Origin: Pseudomonadales bacterium
GTDB lineage: Bacteria > Pseudomonadota > Gammaproteobacteria > Pseudomonadales > JAHEIH01
DNA: 64,000 nt
Reading direction: 5' to 3'
NCBI GenBank assembly: GCA_035458985.1
Contig: DATHYR010000344.1
Location: forward strand, 22,793 to 86,792
Each line of letters opens with the position of its first letter. Within the stretch, counting starts at the first letter, position 1. A program made the position numbers and the translations under genes. The notes beneath the pieces are model-generated. The model saw nothing but the letters and a program-made list of their open reading frames with translations. It was not told the DNA's origin and made no database searches. Below, piece after piece: positions 9,465 through 20,117 of this stretch.

Positions 9465-10582
9465 TACATGACCGCGCGAGGGTAAGAGCCAAGGGATTTG
9501 ATCATCAATGATCCACCTTCTAACTGCGACATGACCTTCGCGATATGAGGCTCGGCATAGTGACCTTCAAACTCGATGAAAAAGACGTAGGCCCATTTCT
9601 CTGTTCGCGATGGACGCGTATCGATGCGCGTCAGCATGATACCCGCTTTTTCAAATGGCTCTAATAACTTAAATAATGCCCCAGGTTCGTTGCGGGTGGA
9701 GACAATGATCGACGTTTTATCGGCGCCGCTTGGCGGCACTTCCTCTCGACCAATAATCAAAAATCGGGTGGTATTATTCGCAAGGTCTTCGATATTACTG
9801 GCCACCCGATTGAGGTTGTACAACGATTGTGCCACCTCTCCAGCAATAGCGGCCATACCCAATGTAGTGGTTGCCAATTTAGCCGCCTCACCATTCGAGG
9901 AAACCGCAACACGCTCGGCATTAGGAAAGTGCGCATCAAGCCATTGACGGCATTGCGCCAGCGCTTGTTGATGGGCACAAATGACGTCTATCTTGCCCGC
10001 TGTGGCTTCGGAAGCAAGCAAGTGGTGCTCAATTCTTAACTCCACCTCACCACAGATACGCAGGGGAGAATAAATGAAATTATCGATAGTATGAGACACC
10101 ATACCCTCGGTGGAGTTTTCAACCGGAACAACCCCATAGTTCACCGCACCCGACTCCACTTGAGAGAAAACCTGTGCGATCGAGACCTGAGGATGCGATA
10201 TCACCGAACTACCGAAATGCTTCTGAGCTGCCGCCTGAGTAAACGTGCCTTCTGGCCCCAGGTAAGCCACTTGCATAGGCTGCTCTAACGCCAAACACGC
10301 CGACATGACTTCACGTATGATTGACGCCATACGTTGGTCGTCCATCGGCCCAGGATTATTGGCCATCACTCGGCGTAACACCTGGGCCTCGCGCTCAGGC
10401 CGATAAAATAAGATTTCGCCTGGCTGCAGACCATTAGCCAAGGCGAATTCATATTCTCGCTGTTTAACTTCGGCGACTTTTTTGGCGCACCCTGCACGCT
10501 TGTTAACAATCTCGATCAACTGCTTATCGAGACCATCAATCTGGTCACGAAGGGCTTTAAGCTCGGCTTCAAAATTACTCAT
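9464..10582 (-). CDS. pheA: Bifunctional chorismate mutase / prephenate dehydratase (P-protein)
   Basis: N-terminal CM domain (LRDQIDGLDKQLIEIVNKRA), then a PDT domain (VAYLGPEGTFT), then a C-terminal ACT domain (ESRP-like IDTRPS). Confidence 0.95.
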   Translation of the reverse strand: MSNFEAELKALRDQIDGLDKQLIEIVNKRAGCAKKVAEVKQREYEFALANGLQPGEILFYRPEREAQVLRRVMANNPGPMDDQRMASIIREVMSACLALEQPMQVAYLGPEGTFTQAAAQKHFGSSVISHPQVSIAQVFSQVESGAVNYGVVPVENSTEGMVSHTIDNFIYSPLRICGEVELRIEHHLLASEATAGKIDVICAHQQALAQCRQWLDAHFPNAERVAVSSNGEAAKLATTTLGMAAIAGEVAQSLYNLNRVASNIEDLANNTTRFLIIGREEVPPSGADKTSIIVSTRNEPGALFKLLEPFEKAGIMLTRIDTRPSRTEKWAYVFFIEFEGHYAEPHIAKVMSQLEGGSLMIKSLGSYPRAVM

Positions 10583-10592
10583 GCGCGACGTC

Positions 10593-11672
10593 TTAGCCGT
10601 TGTTACGGGCGAACTCAGTCATAAAATCAATCAAGGCATCTACAGCCTCTTCGCCAACCGCGTTGTAAATGGACGCACGCATCCCGCCCACGCTGCGATG
10701 ACCTTTCAAATTCATCAAGCCCACCGCCTCAGCTTGCGCCAAAAACGCCTTATCCAAGGCCGCATCTGCTAAGGTAAATGGAATATTCATCAACGAACGA
10801 CTTGGCAACTCAACCGGGTTAGCATAAAACCCACTGTTGTCGATATAGTCGTAAAGTTTGGTCGCCTTACGACGGTTGATCAGCTCAATAGCCGTTAAAC
10901 CGCCCTGTTTTTTGAGCCACTTGAACACCAAGCCGGCCAAATAAATCGAATAAGTGGGCGGTGTATTGTACATAGAATCGTTTTCAGCGGCCGTCGCGTA
11001 ATCCAACATAATGGGACAACCCGGTTGCGACTTACCCATCAAATCGCGACGAACGATAGCAATCGTGAGCCCCGCAGGACCAATATTCTTTTGCGCACCC
11101 GCATAGATCACACCGAATTTATTGACATCAATCGGACGTGACAAAATAGTTGAAGACATATCAGCCACAAGAGGGACATCCACCTGGGGCTCCCAAAAAA
11201 ACTCAACGCCACCAATAGTTTCATTTGGGGTGTAATGGAGGTAAGCAGCGTTAGGGTCGAGCTGCCAGGTATCGAAGGCAGGGATCGTGCTGTAGTTGCT
11301 ATCCGAGGCATCGGCGACAACATTGACACGCCCAAAGCGCTTGGCTTCAGCAATCGCTTTCTTAGACCACTGCCCGGTGTTGACATAATCAGCACTACCA
11401 CCCACGGGCATCAAATTAAGCGGAACAGAGGCAAACTGCGTGCTAGCTCCCCCTTGCAAGAACAACACCGCGTAATCATCAGAAATCGCTAACAAATCAC
11501 GCAGATCACGCTCTGCCTCGCTAGCCACTGCCACAAACTCATCGCTGCGATGACTCATCTCCATGATCGACAAGCCGGCGCCATGCCAATCCAAAATCTC
11601 TTGTTGCGCCTGTTGTAACACCGCTTCAGGCAATGCCGCTGGACCTGCACAGAAATTGAACTTACGAGACAT
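10593..11672 (-). CDS. serC: 3-phosphoserine/phosphohydroxythreonine aminotransferase
   Basis: MSRKFNFCAGPAALP... is the canonical SerC N-terminus. I trimmed the start to the ATG at 11672 (GGAGAAAG SD); the longer track ORF would overlap the gyrA 3' end. Confidence 0.95.
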   Translation of the reverse strand: MSRKFNFCAGPAALPEAVLQQAQQEILDWHGAGLSIMEMSHRSDEFVAVASEAERDLRDLLAISDDYAVLFLQGGASTQFASVPLNLMPVGGSADYVNTGQWSKKAIAEAKRFGRVNVVADASDSNYSTIPAFDTWQLDPNAAYLHYTPNETIGGVEFFWEPQVDVPLVADMSSTILSRPIDVNKFGVIYAGAQKNIGPAGLTIAIVRRDLMGKSQPGCPIMLDYATAAENDSMYNTPPTYSIYLAGLVFKWLKKQGGLTAIELINRRKATKLYDYIDNSGFYANPVELPSRSLMNIPFTLADAALDKAFLAQAEAVGLMNLKGHRSVGGMRASIYNAVGEEAVDALIDFMTEFARNNG

Positions 11673-11712
11673 ACTTTCTCCTAAAATCAGGGGCGCACCC
11701 CAAATATACAAA

Positions 11713-14328
11713 CTATTCTTCGCCGTCTTCAGCAACCGTAGACTGTGCAGCGTCATCAACAGAGGCTATCGCGTCGACGTCCTCTTCGAATTCCGTCTCT
11801 TCAGGCTCATCAACGCGCTCTAAGCCGGTTAGCTGCTCATCATTGCGGAGACGAATCAGACGCACACCCTGAGTATTGCGACCGAGAATAGAGACCTCAG
11901 ACACCTTGCTGCGCACCAGTGTTCCCTGATTAGAGATAAGCATCATCTCTTCGTTTTCACTCACTTGTACCGCGCCAACAATATCGCCGTTACGCTCACT
12001 CGCCTGAATACCAATAACGCCCTGTCCGCCACGGCCATACACTGGAAAATCTTCAATCGCCGTACGCTTACCGTAACCATTGACCGAAGCTACCAATACT
12101 TGGCGCCCCTCTTCTGGAATGATCAACGAAATAACTTTCGCTCCTGATGCCAGACGAATACCGCGCACACCGCGCGCCGTTCTTCCCATCGCACGCACAT
12201 CACCCTCGTTAAACCGGATCACTTTTCCATTGCTGGCGAACAACATCACATCATTTTGGCCATTGGTGATGGCCGTTCCCACCAAATGATCGTCTTCATC
12301 GAGCTCAACTGCACGCAATCCGACGCTGCGTGGACGAGAGAAGTCGGTAAGCGAGGTCTTTTTAACCGTACCATTGGCAGTGGCCATAAAGACAAAGTGA
12401 TCGTCAAGATACTCATTGACACGCAAAATGGAGGTGATGCGCTCACCCTCACTGAGTGGCAACAAGTTCACGATAGGACGACCACGTGATTGACGACCAG
12501 CCAACGGGATGTGGAAGACACGCAGCCAGTAGACTTTACCCTCATTGGTAAAACACAAAATAGTATCGTGAGTCGACGCTACCAAAAGATGCTCAATATG
12601 GTCTTCATCCTTCACCGCCGTGGCCGATTTACCCATACCTCCTCGGCGCTGGGCTTGATAATCAGCTAAAGGCTGGGTTTTGGCGTACCCCTGGTGTGAA
12701 ATAGTGACCACACGGTCTTCGACACTAATAAAATCTTCATCATTAAGGTCCAACGTCGACTCGATAATCTCCGTACGACGCGCATCACCAAAATCGGCTT
12801 TGATCTGAGCCAACTCTTCACGAATCACTTCCATTAAGCGGTTGGGATCAGAAAGAATGTTCAAATATTCCGCAATCTCATCCAAGCGCTCTTTGTACTC
12901 ATTAATGAGTTTCTCATGCTCCAGACCCGTCAAGCGATGCAAACGCAGATCCAAAATAGCCTGCGCCTGAACAGGCGAAAGATGGTAACTGCCCTCATGC
13001 ATACCGTACATTGGTGCCAAATCTTCAGGCCGGCAGGCCTGCTCGCCAGCACGCTCAAGCATGGGCAGTACAGCCGTAGCATCCCACTTTTCAGCCAACA
13101 ATTTCTCTCTCGCTTCAGCCGCACTTGGCGAGCTCTTAATCATTTCGATCACGGGATCGATGTTGGCCAAAGCAATAGCCAGACCCTCTAACACATGGCC
13201 ACGCTCACGCGCCTTGCGCAACAAATACACGGTTCTACGCGTAACCACTTCACGACGGTGACTGACAAACGCCTCGAGCACTTGCTTGAGGTTGAGCACC
13301 TGAGGACGGCCGTTGACAAGCGCCACCATGTTAATACCAAACACCGTCTGCAACTGCGTTTGTGCATACAGGTTATTGAGCACAGCCTCACCCATGACGT
13401 CGCGACGCAACTCGATCACAACGCGCAGACCGTCTTTGTCAGACTCGTCGCGCAATTCTGTGATGCCCTCGATTTTCTTTTCCTTGACTAACTCAGCAAT
13501 CTTTTCAATCAAACGTGCCTTGTTAACTTGATAGGGAAGCTCGTGGATAATAATGGTGTCTTTACCATTTTTTTCGTTACTGATCACTTCGGCCTTGGCA
13601 CGCACATAAATGCGGCCGCGACCCGTGCGGTAGGCCTGAACTATACCTGAGCGACCGTTGATGATGGCCGCCGTCGGAAAATCTGGGCCGGGCATAAATT
13701 GCATCAAGCCATCAACATCAATATGTTCATCGTCGATTAACGCCAAACACGCATCGATCACTTCGTTCAGGTTATGCGGAGGAATATTGGTCGCCATACC
13801 CACGGCAATGCCCGAACTTCCGTTCACCAAAAGGTTGGGAACCTTGGTGGGCAATACGTCGGGAATGAGCTCTTCACCATCGTAGTTGGGGACATAATCC
13901 ACGGTTTCTTTGTCGAGATCCGCCAACAACTCGTGAGCAATTTTCTTCATGCGGATTTCGGTGTAACGCATGGCCGCGGCCGAATCGCCATCAATAGAGC
14001 CGAAGTTACCCTGACCGTCGACCAACATGTAGCGAAGTGAGAATGGCTGTGCCATACGAACAATCGTATCGTAAACCGCTGAATCGCCATGCGGGTGGTA
14101 TTTACCGATCACGTCACCCACAACCCGCGCAGATTTTTTGTAGGGCTTGTTCCAATCGTTACCCAACACGCTCATAGCAAAGAGAACGCGCCGGTGAACT
14201 GGCTTCAAACCGTCGCGTACGTCGGGCAACGCACGACCTACGATGACGCTCATCGCGTAATCTAAGTAGGACTGTTTAAGTTCGTCTTCGATATTTACAG
14301 AAAGCACTTGGTTGGCAGTTTCACCCAT
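11713..14328 (-). CDS. gyrA: DNA gyrase subunit A
   Basis: 871 aa. Contains [36 protein letters not shown], the quinolone-resistance-determining region (QRDR) [10 protein letters not shown] and an acidic C-terminal tail. Confidence 0.98.
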   Translation of the reverse strand: MGETANQVLSVNIEDELKQSYLDYAMSVIVGRALPDVRDGLKPVHRRVLFAMSVLGNDWNKPYKKSARVVGDVIGKYHPHGDSAVYDTIVRMAQPFSLRYMLVDGQGNFGSIDGDSAAAMRYTEIRMKKIAHELLADLDKETVDYVPNYDGEELIPDVLPTKVPNLLVNGSSGIAVGMATNIPPHNLNEVIDACLALIDDEHIDVDGLMQFMPGPDFPTAAIINGRSGIVQAYRTGRGRIYVRAKAEVISNEKNGKDTIIIHELPYQVNKARLIEKIAELVKEKKIEGITELRDESDKDGLRVVIELRRDVMGEAVLNNLYAQTQLQTVFGINMVALVNGRPQVLNLKQVLEAFVSHRREVVTRRTVYLLRKARERGHVLEGLAIALANIDPVIEMIKSSPSAAEAREKLLAEKWDATAVLPMLERAGEQACRPEDLAPMYGMHEGSYHLSPVQAQAILDLRLHRLTGLEHEKLINEYKERLDEIAEYLNILSDPNRLMEVIREELAQIKADFGDARRTEIIESTLDLNDEDFISVEDRVVTISHQGYAKTQPLADYQAQRRGGMGKSATAVKDEDHIEHLLVASTHDTILCFTNEGKVYWLRVFHIPLAGRQSRGRPIVNLLPLSEGERITSILRVNEYLDDHFVFMATANGTVKKTSLTDFSRPRSVGLRAVELDEDDHLVGTAITNGQNDVMLFASNGKVIRFNEGDVRAMGRTARGVRGIRLASGAKVISLIIPEEGRQVLVASVNGYGKRTAIEDFPVYGRGGQGVIGIQASERNGDIVGAVQVSENEEMMLISNQGTLVRSKVSEVSILGRNTQGVRLIRLRNDEQLTGLERVDEPEETEFEEDVDAIASVDDAAQSTVAEDGEE

Positions 14329-14555
14329 GACAGTGTCGGATCCTTTTATTGTCTACGCAATGCGTTTTATTGATGCCAGAAACCTGTTCTCGCCACAATC
14401 TAAAAGGCGTGATTATACCCCACAATCGACCCAAAACACTAACAATTACGTAGAACAAAAAACACCAATGGATCCTTTAACAAAGCTATCCATGCGGGAT
14501 GAGATCGCCAGCCACTCCATGTATAATGCCGCCTAAATAATGCTAGGACACCCTC

Positions 14556-15278
14556 ATGCAACAAACATCATCCACACACCATAACGTCGACAACGCTGAA
14601 ATCGCCAAATTTGAGGCATTAGCTTCACGCTGGTGGGATAAGGAGAGTGAATTCAAACCCCTGCATGATATCAATCCGCTGCGTGCTGGATTTATCAATC
14701 AACACTCCCCCCTGGCCGGTAAAAAAGTGATCGATGTCGGATGCGGCGGAGGCATTCTATCGGAATCCCTCGCAGCACAGGGTGCTGATGTAACAGGCAT
14801 CGACATGGGCGAAGCCCCACTGGCGGTGGCTCGCCTTCATCTACTGGAGTCTGGACACCATATTGACTATCGACGCATCACTGCCGAGGCCATGGCCGCT
14901 CAACAACCCGAGACATTCGATGTCGTCTGCTGTCTCGAAATGCTCGAACATGTCCCAGATCCTGCCTCTGTGGTCGCTGCCTGTGCCAAATTGCTCAAAC
15001 CTGGTGGGCATGCCTACTTTTCAACGATAAATCGCAACCCAAAAGCCTATACATTTGCCATTTTAGGCGCCGAATACATTCTTAATTTATTGCCCAAAGG
15101 CACCCACGAATACGCCAAGTTCATCAAGCCCTCTGAACTAGGCAACTTTGTTCGCTCCGCCGGTCTGCACATGGAAAACATCACCGGCATGACCTACAAC
15201 CCCTTCACGAAAGTGTATCGCCTCAACCCAAGGGATGTGAGCGTCAACTACCTGATTCACGTGACGAAGCCACTATAA
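14556..15278 (+). CDS. ubiG: Bifunctional 3-demethylubiquinol 3-O-methyltransferase / 2-polyprenyl-6-hydroxyphenol methylase
   Basis: [10 protein letters not shown]...[11 protein letters not shown] and the SAM motif [13 protein letters not shown]. Divergent from gyrA, as in Pseudomonas. Confidence 0.95.
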   Translation: MQQTSSTHHNVDNAEIAKFEALASRWWDKESEFKPLHDINPLRAGFINQHSPLAGKKVIDVGCGGGILSESLAAQGADVTGIDMGEAPLAVARLHLLESGHHIDYRRITAEAMAAQQPETFDVVCCLEMLEHVPDPASVVAACAKLLKPGGHAYFSTINRNPKAYTFAILGAEYILNLLPKGTHEYAKFIKPSELGNFVRSAGLHMENITGMTYNPFTKVYRLNPRDVSVNYLIHVTKPL

Positions 15279-15935
15279 ATGCAATACGACGCGCTTCTCC
15301 TCGATCTTGATGGTACCTTACTTGATACCGCCGCCGACTTTCATGTGGTACTGAATCGATTATTACGGCAGGAAAACTGCCCAGAAGTGAGCTATGCGGA
15401 TATACGCAAAGTGGTATCGCATGGTGCACGCGCCATGGTGTGCATGGGTTTTGGTATCGATATAGACCACCCCGACTTCTCGCGCTTACGGCAGGCTTTT
15501 CTGGACATTTACGGCCAACACTACGCCGTTCACTCCTGTCTGTTTGATGGATTTGATAAGGTACTCAGACATTGCGACAACGCAGGCATTCCCTGGGGAA
15601 TTATTACCAATAAACCCGCTGCATTTGCCGAGCCATTATGGCGCGACTTGAAACTACCCTACCATCTTGGATGCCTTGTGTGCCCTGACCATGTCAGCCT
15701 CGCCAAGCCCGACCCAGAACCCATGTTTTTAGCCGCTCGACAGATTGGCATTGAACCGACGCGCTGCATTTACGTTGGCGATCACCGACGCGATATCGAG
15801 GCTGGGCGCGCAGCTGGAATGACAACGGTTGTGGCAAATTGGGGCTACCTTGACGACGATGACGCCCCCAGCACATGGAACGCAGATTACTATCACAATC
15901 ATCCCGAACAATTACTTTCTTTACTTGCCCGATAA
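15279..15935 (+). CDS. HAD-IA phosphatase (phosphoglycolate phosphatase / MupP-like)
   Basis: HAD motif I LLDLDGTLLDT, motif II ITNK and motif III GDHRRDIEAG. Its ATG follows the ubiG stop directly. Confidence 0.85.
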   Translation: MQYDALLLDLDGTLLDTAADFHVVLNRLLRQENCPEVSYADIRKVVSHGARAMVCMGFGIDIDHPDFSRLRQAFLDIYGQHYAVHSCLFDGFDKVLRHCDNAGIPWGIITNKPAAFAEPLWRDLKLPYHLGCLVCPDHVSLAKPDPEPMFLAARQIGIEPTRCIYVGDHRRDIEAGRAAGMTTVVANWGYLDDDDAPSTWNADYYHNHPEQLLSLLAR

Positions 15936-15950
15936 TATTAAGGATCCGCC

Positions 15951-16697
15951 ATGCACGACTATCAAGCGCCATTTGATTTGCTAAATAATCGCACCATCGT
16001 TGTCACAGGCGCTGGTGACGGGATAGGCAAAGCGGCAGCTCAAGCCTATGCCGCGCACGGTGCCACCGTGGTATTGATAGGTCGTACTCAGCGCAAACTG
16101 GAGCATTGCTACGATGAAATTGTTGCCGCCGGCCATCCCGAACCCGTTATCGTGGTCATGGACTTTGCAAAAGCTGACGAGGGAGAATACCAAAATTTGC
16201 GCGATCGACTCGCTGAAACATTTGGTCATATTGATGGCATTTTAATCAATGCCAGTCTGCTCGGCGAAAGAAAACCCCTAGAGCAAACCAGCACTAAAAG
16301 TTGGCATGAGCTGATGCAAGTCAATGTCACGGCAGGATTCTTATTAATCAAGTATTTACTGGTTCTTTGCCAACAATCCCCACGCGATGCCAGCATCATT
16401 CTGACATCGAGCAGTGTTGGCCGCAAAGGGCGTGCCTATTGGGGTGCTTATGCGATCAGCAAGTTTGCCACCGAGGGTATGATGCAAGTACTCGCTGACG
16501 AACTTGAAAATGTCAGCAACGTGAGGGTGAATAGTATTAATCCCGGGGCGACGAATACCGAAATGCGTCGCACGGCCTACCCTGCGGAGCGACCCACGGA
16601 TAACCCCTCGCCCGCTGAGCGCATGAATGCCTACCTCTATTTAATGGGTCCCGACAGCCTTGGCATCAATGGACAAGCCTGTAACGCTTTCGGCTAA
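15951..16697 (+). CDS. yciK: YciK-family SDR oxidoreductase
   Basis: VTGAGDGIGKAAA NAD(P) motif and SSSVGRKGRAYWGAYAISKFATEGMMQVLADE, which closely matches the E. coli YciK pattern. Confidence 0.9.
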   Translation: MHDYQAPFDLLNNRTIVVTGAGDGIGKAAAQAYAAHGATVVLIGRTQRKLEHCYDEIVAAGHPEPVIVVMDFAKADEGEYQNLRDRLAETFGHIDGILINASLLGERKPLEQTSTKSWHELMQVNVTAGFLLIKYLLVLCQQSPRDASIILTSSSVGRKGRAYWGAYAISKFATEGMMQVLADELENVSNVRVNSINPGATNTEMRRTAYPAERPTDNPSPAERMNAYLYLMGPDSLGINGQACNAFG

Positions 16698-16824
16698 TGC
16701 TTGCCGCCTCGCGGCAGAAAATTGACATAAACCCCACTAAAGGCATGATATATAAGGCCTTTTATTAAATGGCACGATTCTCGCTAAGTCTACAGTGAAT
16801 GACTTTATTTTTGCGGGGCACGCC

Positions 16825-17676
16825 ATGACCATGTTTCACAACACCACAGAATACAAGGCACCAAGCGATCTGAGTAAACTACAACATGATCTCGAACGCG
16901 CCTTTGATACTCACGAGTTAGTGGATGTCCTGTTCAACGCGCTCAGTAAGCGTCTCGACATCACCGGCCTGCGCTACGATAATCCAGGATTGCATATACA
17001 TATTGCCTGCGGTGAAAGTGCACGCCATAGCTGCGAGTACAACCTCGTACAAGATCAGCGCCATTACGGCACGATCACAACGCTACAAAAACACCGCTTA
17101 AGCGAAGTCGCGCTGACACGCTTAGAAACCATTCTGGGTATGTTCATGATGCCCCTTCAAGACAGCCTACTTTATCAGCAAGCCATGACCCACAGTCACT
17201 GGGATCCTGTGACGCGCGTGAATAACAAAACAGCCTTTAAACGCGCCCTCAACACACTGCGTGCGCAGCGCCGTAGCAGTGACAAAAAACTGAATGCCGT
17301 GTTTATGCATTTAAGCAATTTGCGCACTATTTATGCGGAGCATGGCAGTGACGCCTCAGATGCTATGCTATGCCATTTGATTGATCAGTTGCGCGACAAC
17401 TGCCGAGCGGGCGATCAAATTTTTCGCTTTAGCGATGATGAGTTTGTGGTTCTTCTAGGCGAGACGAACAATGACCAAGCGGCCATTATCGCGCATCGGC
17501 TGAGCCAAGTATGCCGACACCACCAAGAGCATTTTCATGGTGTCGACTTACAATGCAATATCAATGTCGAAATCGTAGAGTGTGGAGACGGCACACCCTG
17601 TGGGATTTGCGAACAGTCTGAACAGCAGCGCGGCTTAAGTCAGAGCCAAGCTAGCGCCCTCCACGGCGCGGCTTAG
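16825..17676 (+). CDS. Degenerate GGDEF-domain protein (SDDEF active site, RxxD I-site retained)
   Basis: The C-terminal domain follows the GGDEF fold pattern (DPVTRVNNKTAF ... HGSDASDAML ... RAGDQIFRFSDDEFVVLL). The roughly 130 aa N-terminal domain is unassigned. I chose the ATG at 16825 (GGGG 6 nt upstream); the track start is a GTG at 16795. Confidence 0.75.
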   Translation: MTMFHNTTEYKAPSDLSKLQHDLERAFDTHELVDVLFNALSKRLDITGLRYDNPGLHIHIACGESARHSCEYNLVQDQRHYGTITTLQKHRLSEVALTRLETILGMFMMPLQDSLLYQQAMTHSHWDPVTRVNNKTAFKRALNTLRAQRRSSDKKLNAVFMHLSNLRTIYAEHGSDASDAMLCHLIDQLRDNCRAGDQIFRFSDDEFVVLLGETNNDQAAIIAHRLSQVCRHHQEHFHGVDLQCNINVEIVECGDGTPCGICEQSEQQRGLSQSQASALHGAA

Positions 17677-18484
17677 CCTTACGCTCTTGGCGCTGCATTT
17701 GGCGGCGCTCAGCGGGAAGAATGTCAGCCGATTCATAAGCCGGTAAATTGGCCATATCACTGACAGTTTTCACTTCCTTGTCATTCAATTCAATCCATTG
17801 ACCAGCCTTCACCTTAGAGGGGATAAAGACATTACCATAGCGAACGCGCTTCAAACGACTCACCGTTAAACCCTGAGACTCCCAAAGGCGTCTAACCTCC
17901 CGGTTACGACCTTCACACAGCGTCACGTAATACCATTTATTAATACTGTCATCGCGTTCATTGCGACCTGGCTGAATGTCGCTAAATTTAGCCATACCGT
18001 CATCGAGCATCACACCTTGCAGTAAGTTTGATAATGCTTCTTCACTCACCTCGCCCATCACGCGAACCGCATACTCACGCTCAATTTGGTTGGAGGGATG
18101 CATAAGCGCATTAGCCAGCTCGCCGTCTGTCGTGAATAACAACAATCCTGCCGTGTTGTAATCAAGACGGCCTACCGCAATCCAGCGCTCGCCTTTCAGT
18201 TTGGGGAGGCTTTCAAACACCGAACGACGCCCTTCTGGGTCACGACGCGAACAAATCTCGCCTTCCGGCTTGTTATACAGCAATACTCGTCGACGGTTCT
18301 CATGTGCCTTTAATAACTTGAGTGGTTTACCATCGAGATAAACGGTCTGGCCATCCTCAATGCGATCCCCAAGGGTGGCCAAGGCACCGCCCACTTTAAT
18401 ACGCCCCGCTTCGATCCATGTTTCGATCTCACGACGTGAACCCAGGCCCGCTCGGGCTAAGACTTTTTGAATTTTTTCGCTCAT
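17651..18484 (-). CDS. rluB: 23S rRNA pseudouridine(2605) synthase
   Basis: S4 domain (KVLARAGLGSRREIE), RsuA/RluB catalytic motif (VGRLDYNTAGLLLFTTDG) and a basic C-terminal tail. Confidence 0.93.
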   Translation of the reverse strand: MSEKIQKVLARAGLGSRREIETWIEAGRIKVGGALATLGDRIEDGQTVYLDGKPLKLLKAHENRRRVLLYNKPEGEICSRRDPEGRRSVFESLPKLKGERWIAVGRLDYNTAGLLLFTTDGELANALMHPSNQIEREYAVRVMGEVSEEALSNLLQGVMLDDGMAKFSDIQPGRNERDDSINKWYYVTLCEGRNREVRRLWESQGLTVSRLKRVRYGNVFIPSKVKAGQWIELNDKEVKTVSDMANLPAYESADILPAERRQMQRQERKAKPRRGGR

Positions 18485-18487
18485 GCG

Positions 18488-19204
18488 TTAACTATCTTCT
18501 CTCATACTTGGGTTCTGGTTGTCGTCCTCGTCGCTATCGTCAGCGATGCTGGCAGGGACATCTTCCGCCAAAGGGGTGGTATTTGTGATCTGGCTTTGAT
18601 CATCAACCCTTGCAACAGTGGGCACTGTATCGGGGTCTGTATCATCAAGATCCAACTCACGGTTAATTTTATCCAAGTCTCGTATCTCAGCCAAACTTGG
18701 CAACTGATTAAGACTTTGCATATTAAAATAATCTAAAAAATGCCTTGTCGTGGCATACATCGCAGGCCTACCCGGCACATCGCGATGCCCGATAACCTTC
18801 ACCCACTCACGCTCAAGCAAGGTCTTCATAATGTGCGAGCTCACCGCAACACCACGAATATCTTCAATTTCACCACGCGTAATGGGTTGACGATAAGCGA
18901 CCAACGCCAACGTTTCCAATAACGCTCGCGAGTAGCGCTGTGGACGCTCATCCCACAAGCGGCTCACCCAAGGGGACACATCTTGGCAGACTTGATAACG
19001 CCAACCACTGGCGACTTCATTCAGCTCGACACCACGACCAACACATTGCTCTTGTAACAAGGCCAACGCTGCGCGGATCTCTTGTTTAGAAGGTTTGGCC
19101 TCGTCATCAAAGAGCCCCTCCATCTGGACTTCAGATAGCGGCTTGTTGAAGGACAGCATTGCCCCCTCAAGAATACGAGCAAGCTGCTCAATTGACATAG
19201 TCAA
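18488..19204 (-). CDS. scpB: Segregation and condensation protein B
   Basis: ScpB winged-helix pattern (LEGAMLSFNKPLS... LETLALVAYRQPITRGEIEDIRGV) with an acidic tail. Overlaps the scpA 3' end by 17 nt. Confidence 0.9.
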   Translation of the reverse strand: MTMSIEQLARILEGAMLSFNKPLSEVQMEGLFDDEAKPSKQEIRAALALLQEQCVGRGVELNEVASGWRYQVCQDVSPWVSRLWDERPQRYSRALLETLALVAYRQPITRGEIEDIRGVAVSSHIMKTLLEREWVKVIGHRDVPGRPAMYATTRHFLDYFNMQSLNQLPSLAEIRDLDKINRELDLDDTDPDTVPTVARVDDQSQITNTTPLAEDVPASIADDSDEDDNQNPSMREDS

Positions 19205-20066
19205 CGTCCTCCATCACACGATCATCACTGCGCCGCAACCGCACATGGATCGCGCCAAAGGTTTCGGTCTGAACGATTTCCAATAGCGATTCTTTAATTA
19301 GCTCCATCATCGCAAGGAAGGTGACTACCACCCCCAAACGGCCTTCAGCGTGATCAAACAAGGCCACAAAGGGTTGAAATTGGCCGTTCTCGAGCCGTTC
19401 CAATACATTGCTCATGCGCTCGCGGGTCGATAACTTTTCTCGTGTCACCTGATGCGACTCAAACATATCCGCGCGGCGAAGCACCTCAGCCAAAGCGATT
19501 AACATCTCCTGCATGTCAACTTCAGGATGGCGGACAACTTTTTGCAAGGTCGGAACCTCTGCGGCCGCGGTATAAAAATTTCGCCCTACGCGTGGCAACG
19601 CATCAATATCTTCAGCCGCCTGCTTAAAACGCTCATACTCTTGCAAGCGACGAATAAGATCCATTCGCGGATCATCCTCGTGCTCTTCGTCACCTTCCTT
19701 GGCGCGAGGCAACAACATACGCGACTTAATTTCGGCCAGCATCGCCGCCATCACCAAGTACTCTGCGGCAAGTTCAAACTGCACCGCCTCCATGAGATCG
19801 ACATAAGTCATGTACTGCGTAGTAATTTCGGCGACATTTATTTCAAGAATATCGATATTCTGGCGCCTGATTAAATACAGCAAAAGATCTAACGGCCCTT
19901 CAAACGCTTCGAGAAAAACCTCCAGTGCATCTGGCGGGATATATAAATCTTTTGGCATCTCGGTGAGGGGCTGACCCATCACAAGCGCAAATGGCATTTC
20001 CTCCTGCACCACATTGACAGGTGATTCAGCGAGTGTCTCAACATTGACTTGATCGTGACTCATCAC
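19188..20066 (-). CDS. scpA: Segregation and condensation protein A (kleisin)
   Basis: FEGPLDLLLYLIRRQNIDILEINVAEIT is the ScpA signature. Confidence 0.9.
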   Translation of the reverse strand: MMSHDQVNVETLAESPVNVVQEEMPFALVMGQPLTEMPKDLYIPPDALEVFLEAFEGPLDLLLYLIRRQNIDILEINVAEITTQYMTYVDLMEAVQFELAAEYLVMAAMLAEIKSRMLLPRAKEGDEEHEDDPRMDLIRRLQEYERFKQAAEDIDALPRVGRNFYTAAAEVPTLQKVVRHPEVDMQEMLIALAEVLRRADMFESHQVTREKLSTRERMSNVLERLENGQFQPFVALFDHAEGRLGVVVTFLAMMELIKESLLEIVQTETFGAIHVRLRRSDDRVMEDVDYVN

Positions 20067-20089
20067 ATCTTTATCCGCATAACGTCGCC

Positions 20090-20117
20090 ATTATAACGAC
20101 ATAGGCATAGCGGTAAA
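20090..20117 (-). promoter_or_regulatory. Candidate sigma-70 promoter for scpA-scpB-rluB
   Basis: The minus strand reads TTTACC-N16-TATAAT, with the -10 hexamer about 24 nt upstream of the scpA ATG. Sequence match only. Confidence 0.4.

Noticed and set aside
11673-11712. GGGGCGCACCCC hairpin between gyrA and serC, considered as a terminator
   Set aside because: It has only a 4 bp stem with a short U-run. That is too weak to call, and serC probably has read-through or its own promoter.
14312-14536. A 74 aa ORF filling the gyrA/ubiG divergent intergenic region
   Set aside because: It starts inside the gyrA start codon region on the opposite strand and has no SD. Its composition is that of AT-rich promoter DNA. 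The region instead carries promoter-like TATAAT boxes for both divergent genes (14412-14417 on the minus strand, 14522-14527 on the plus strand).
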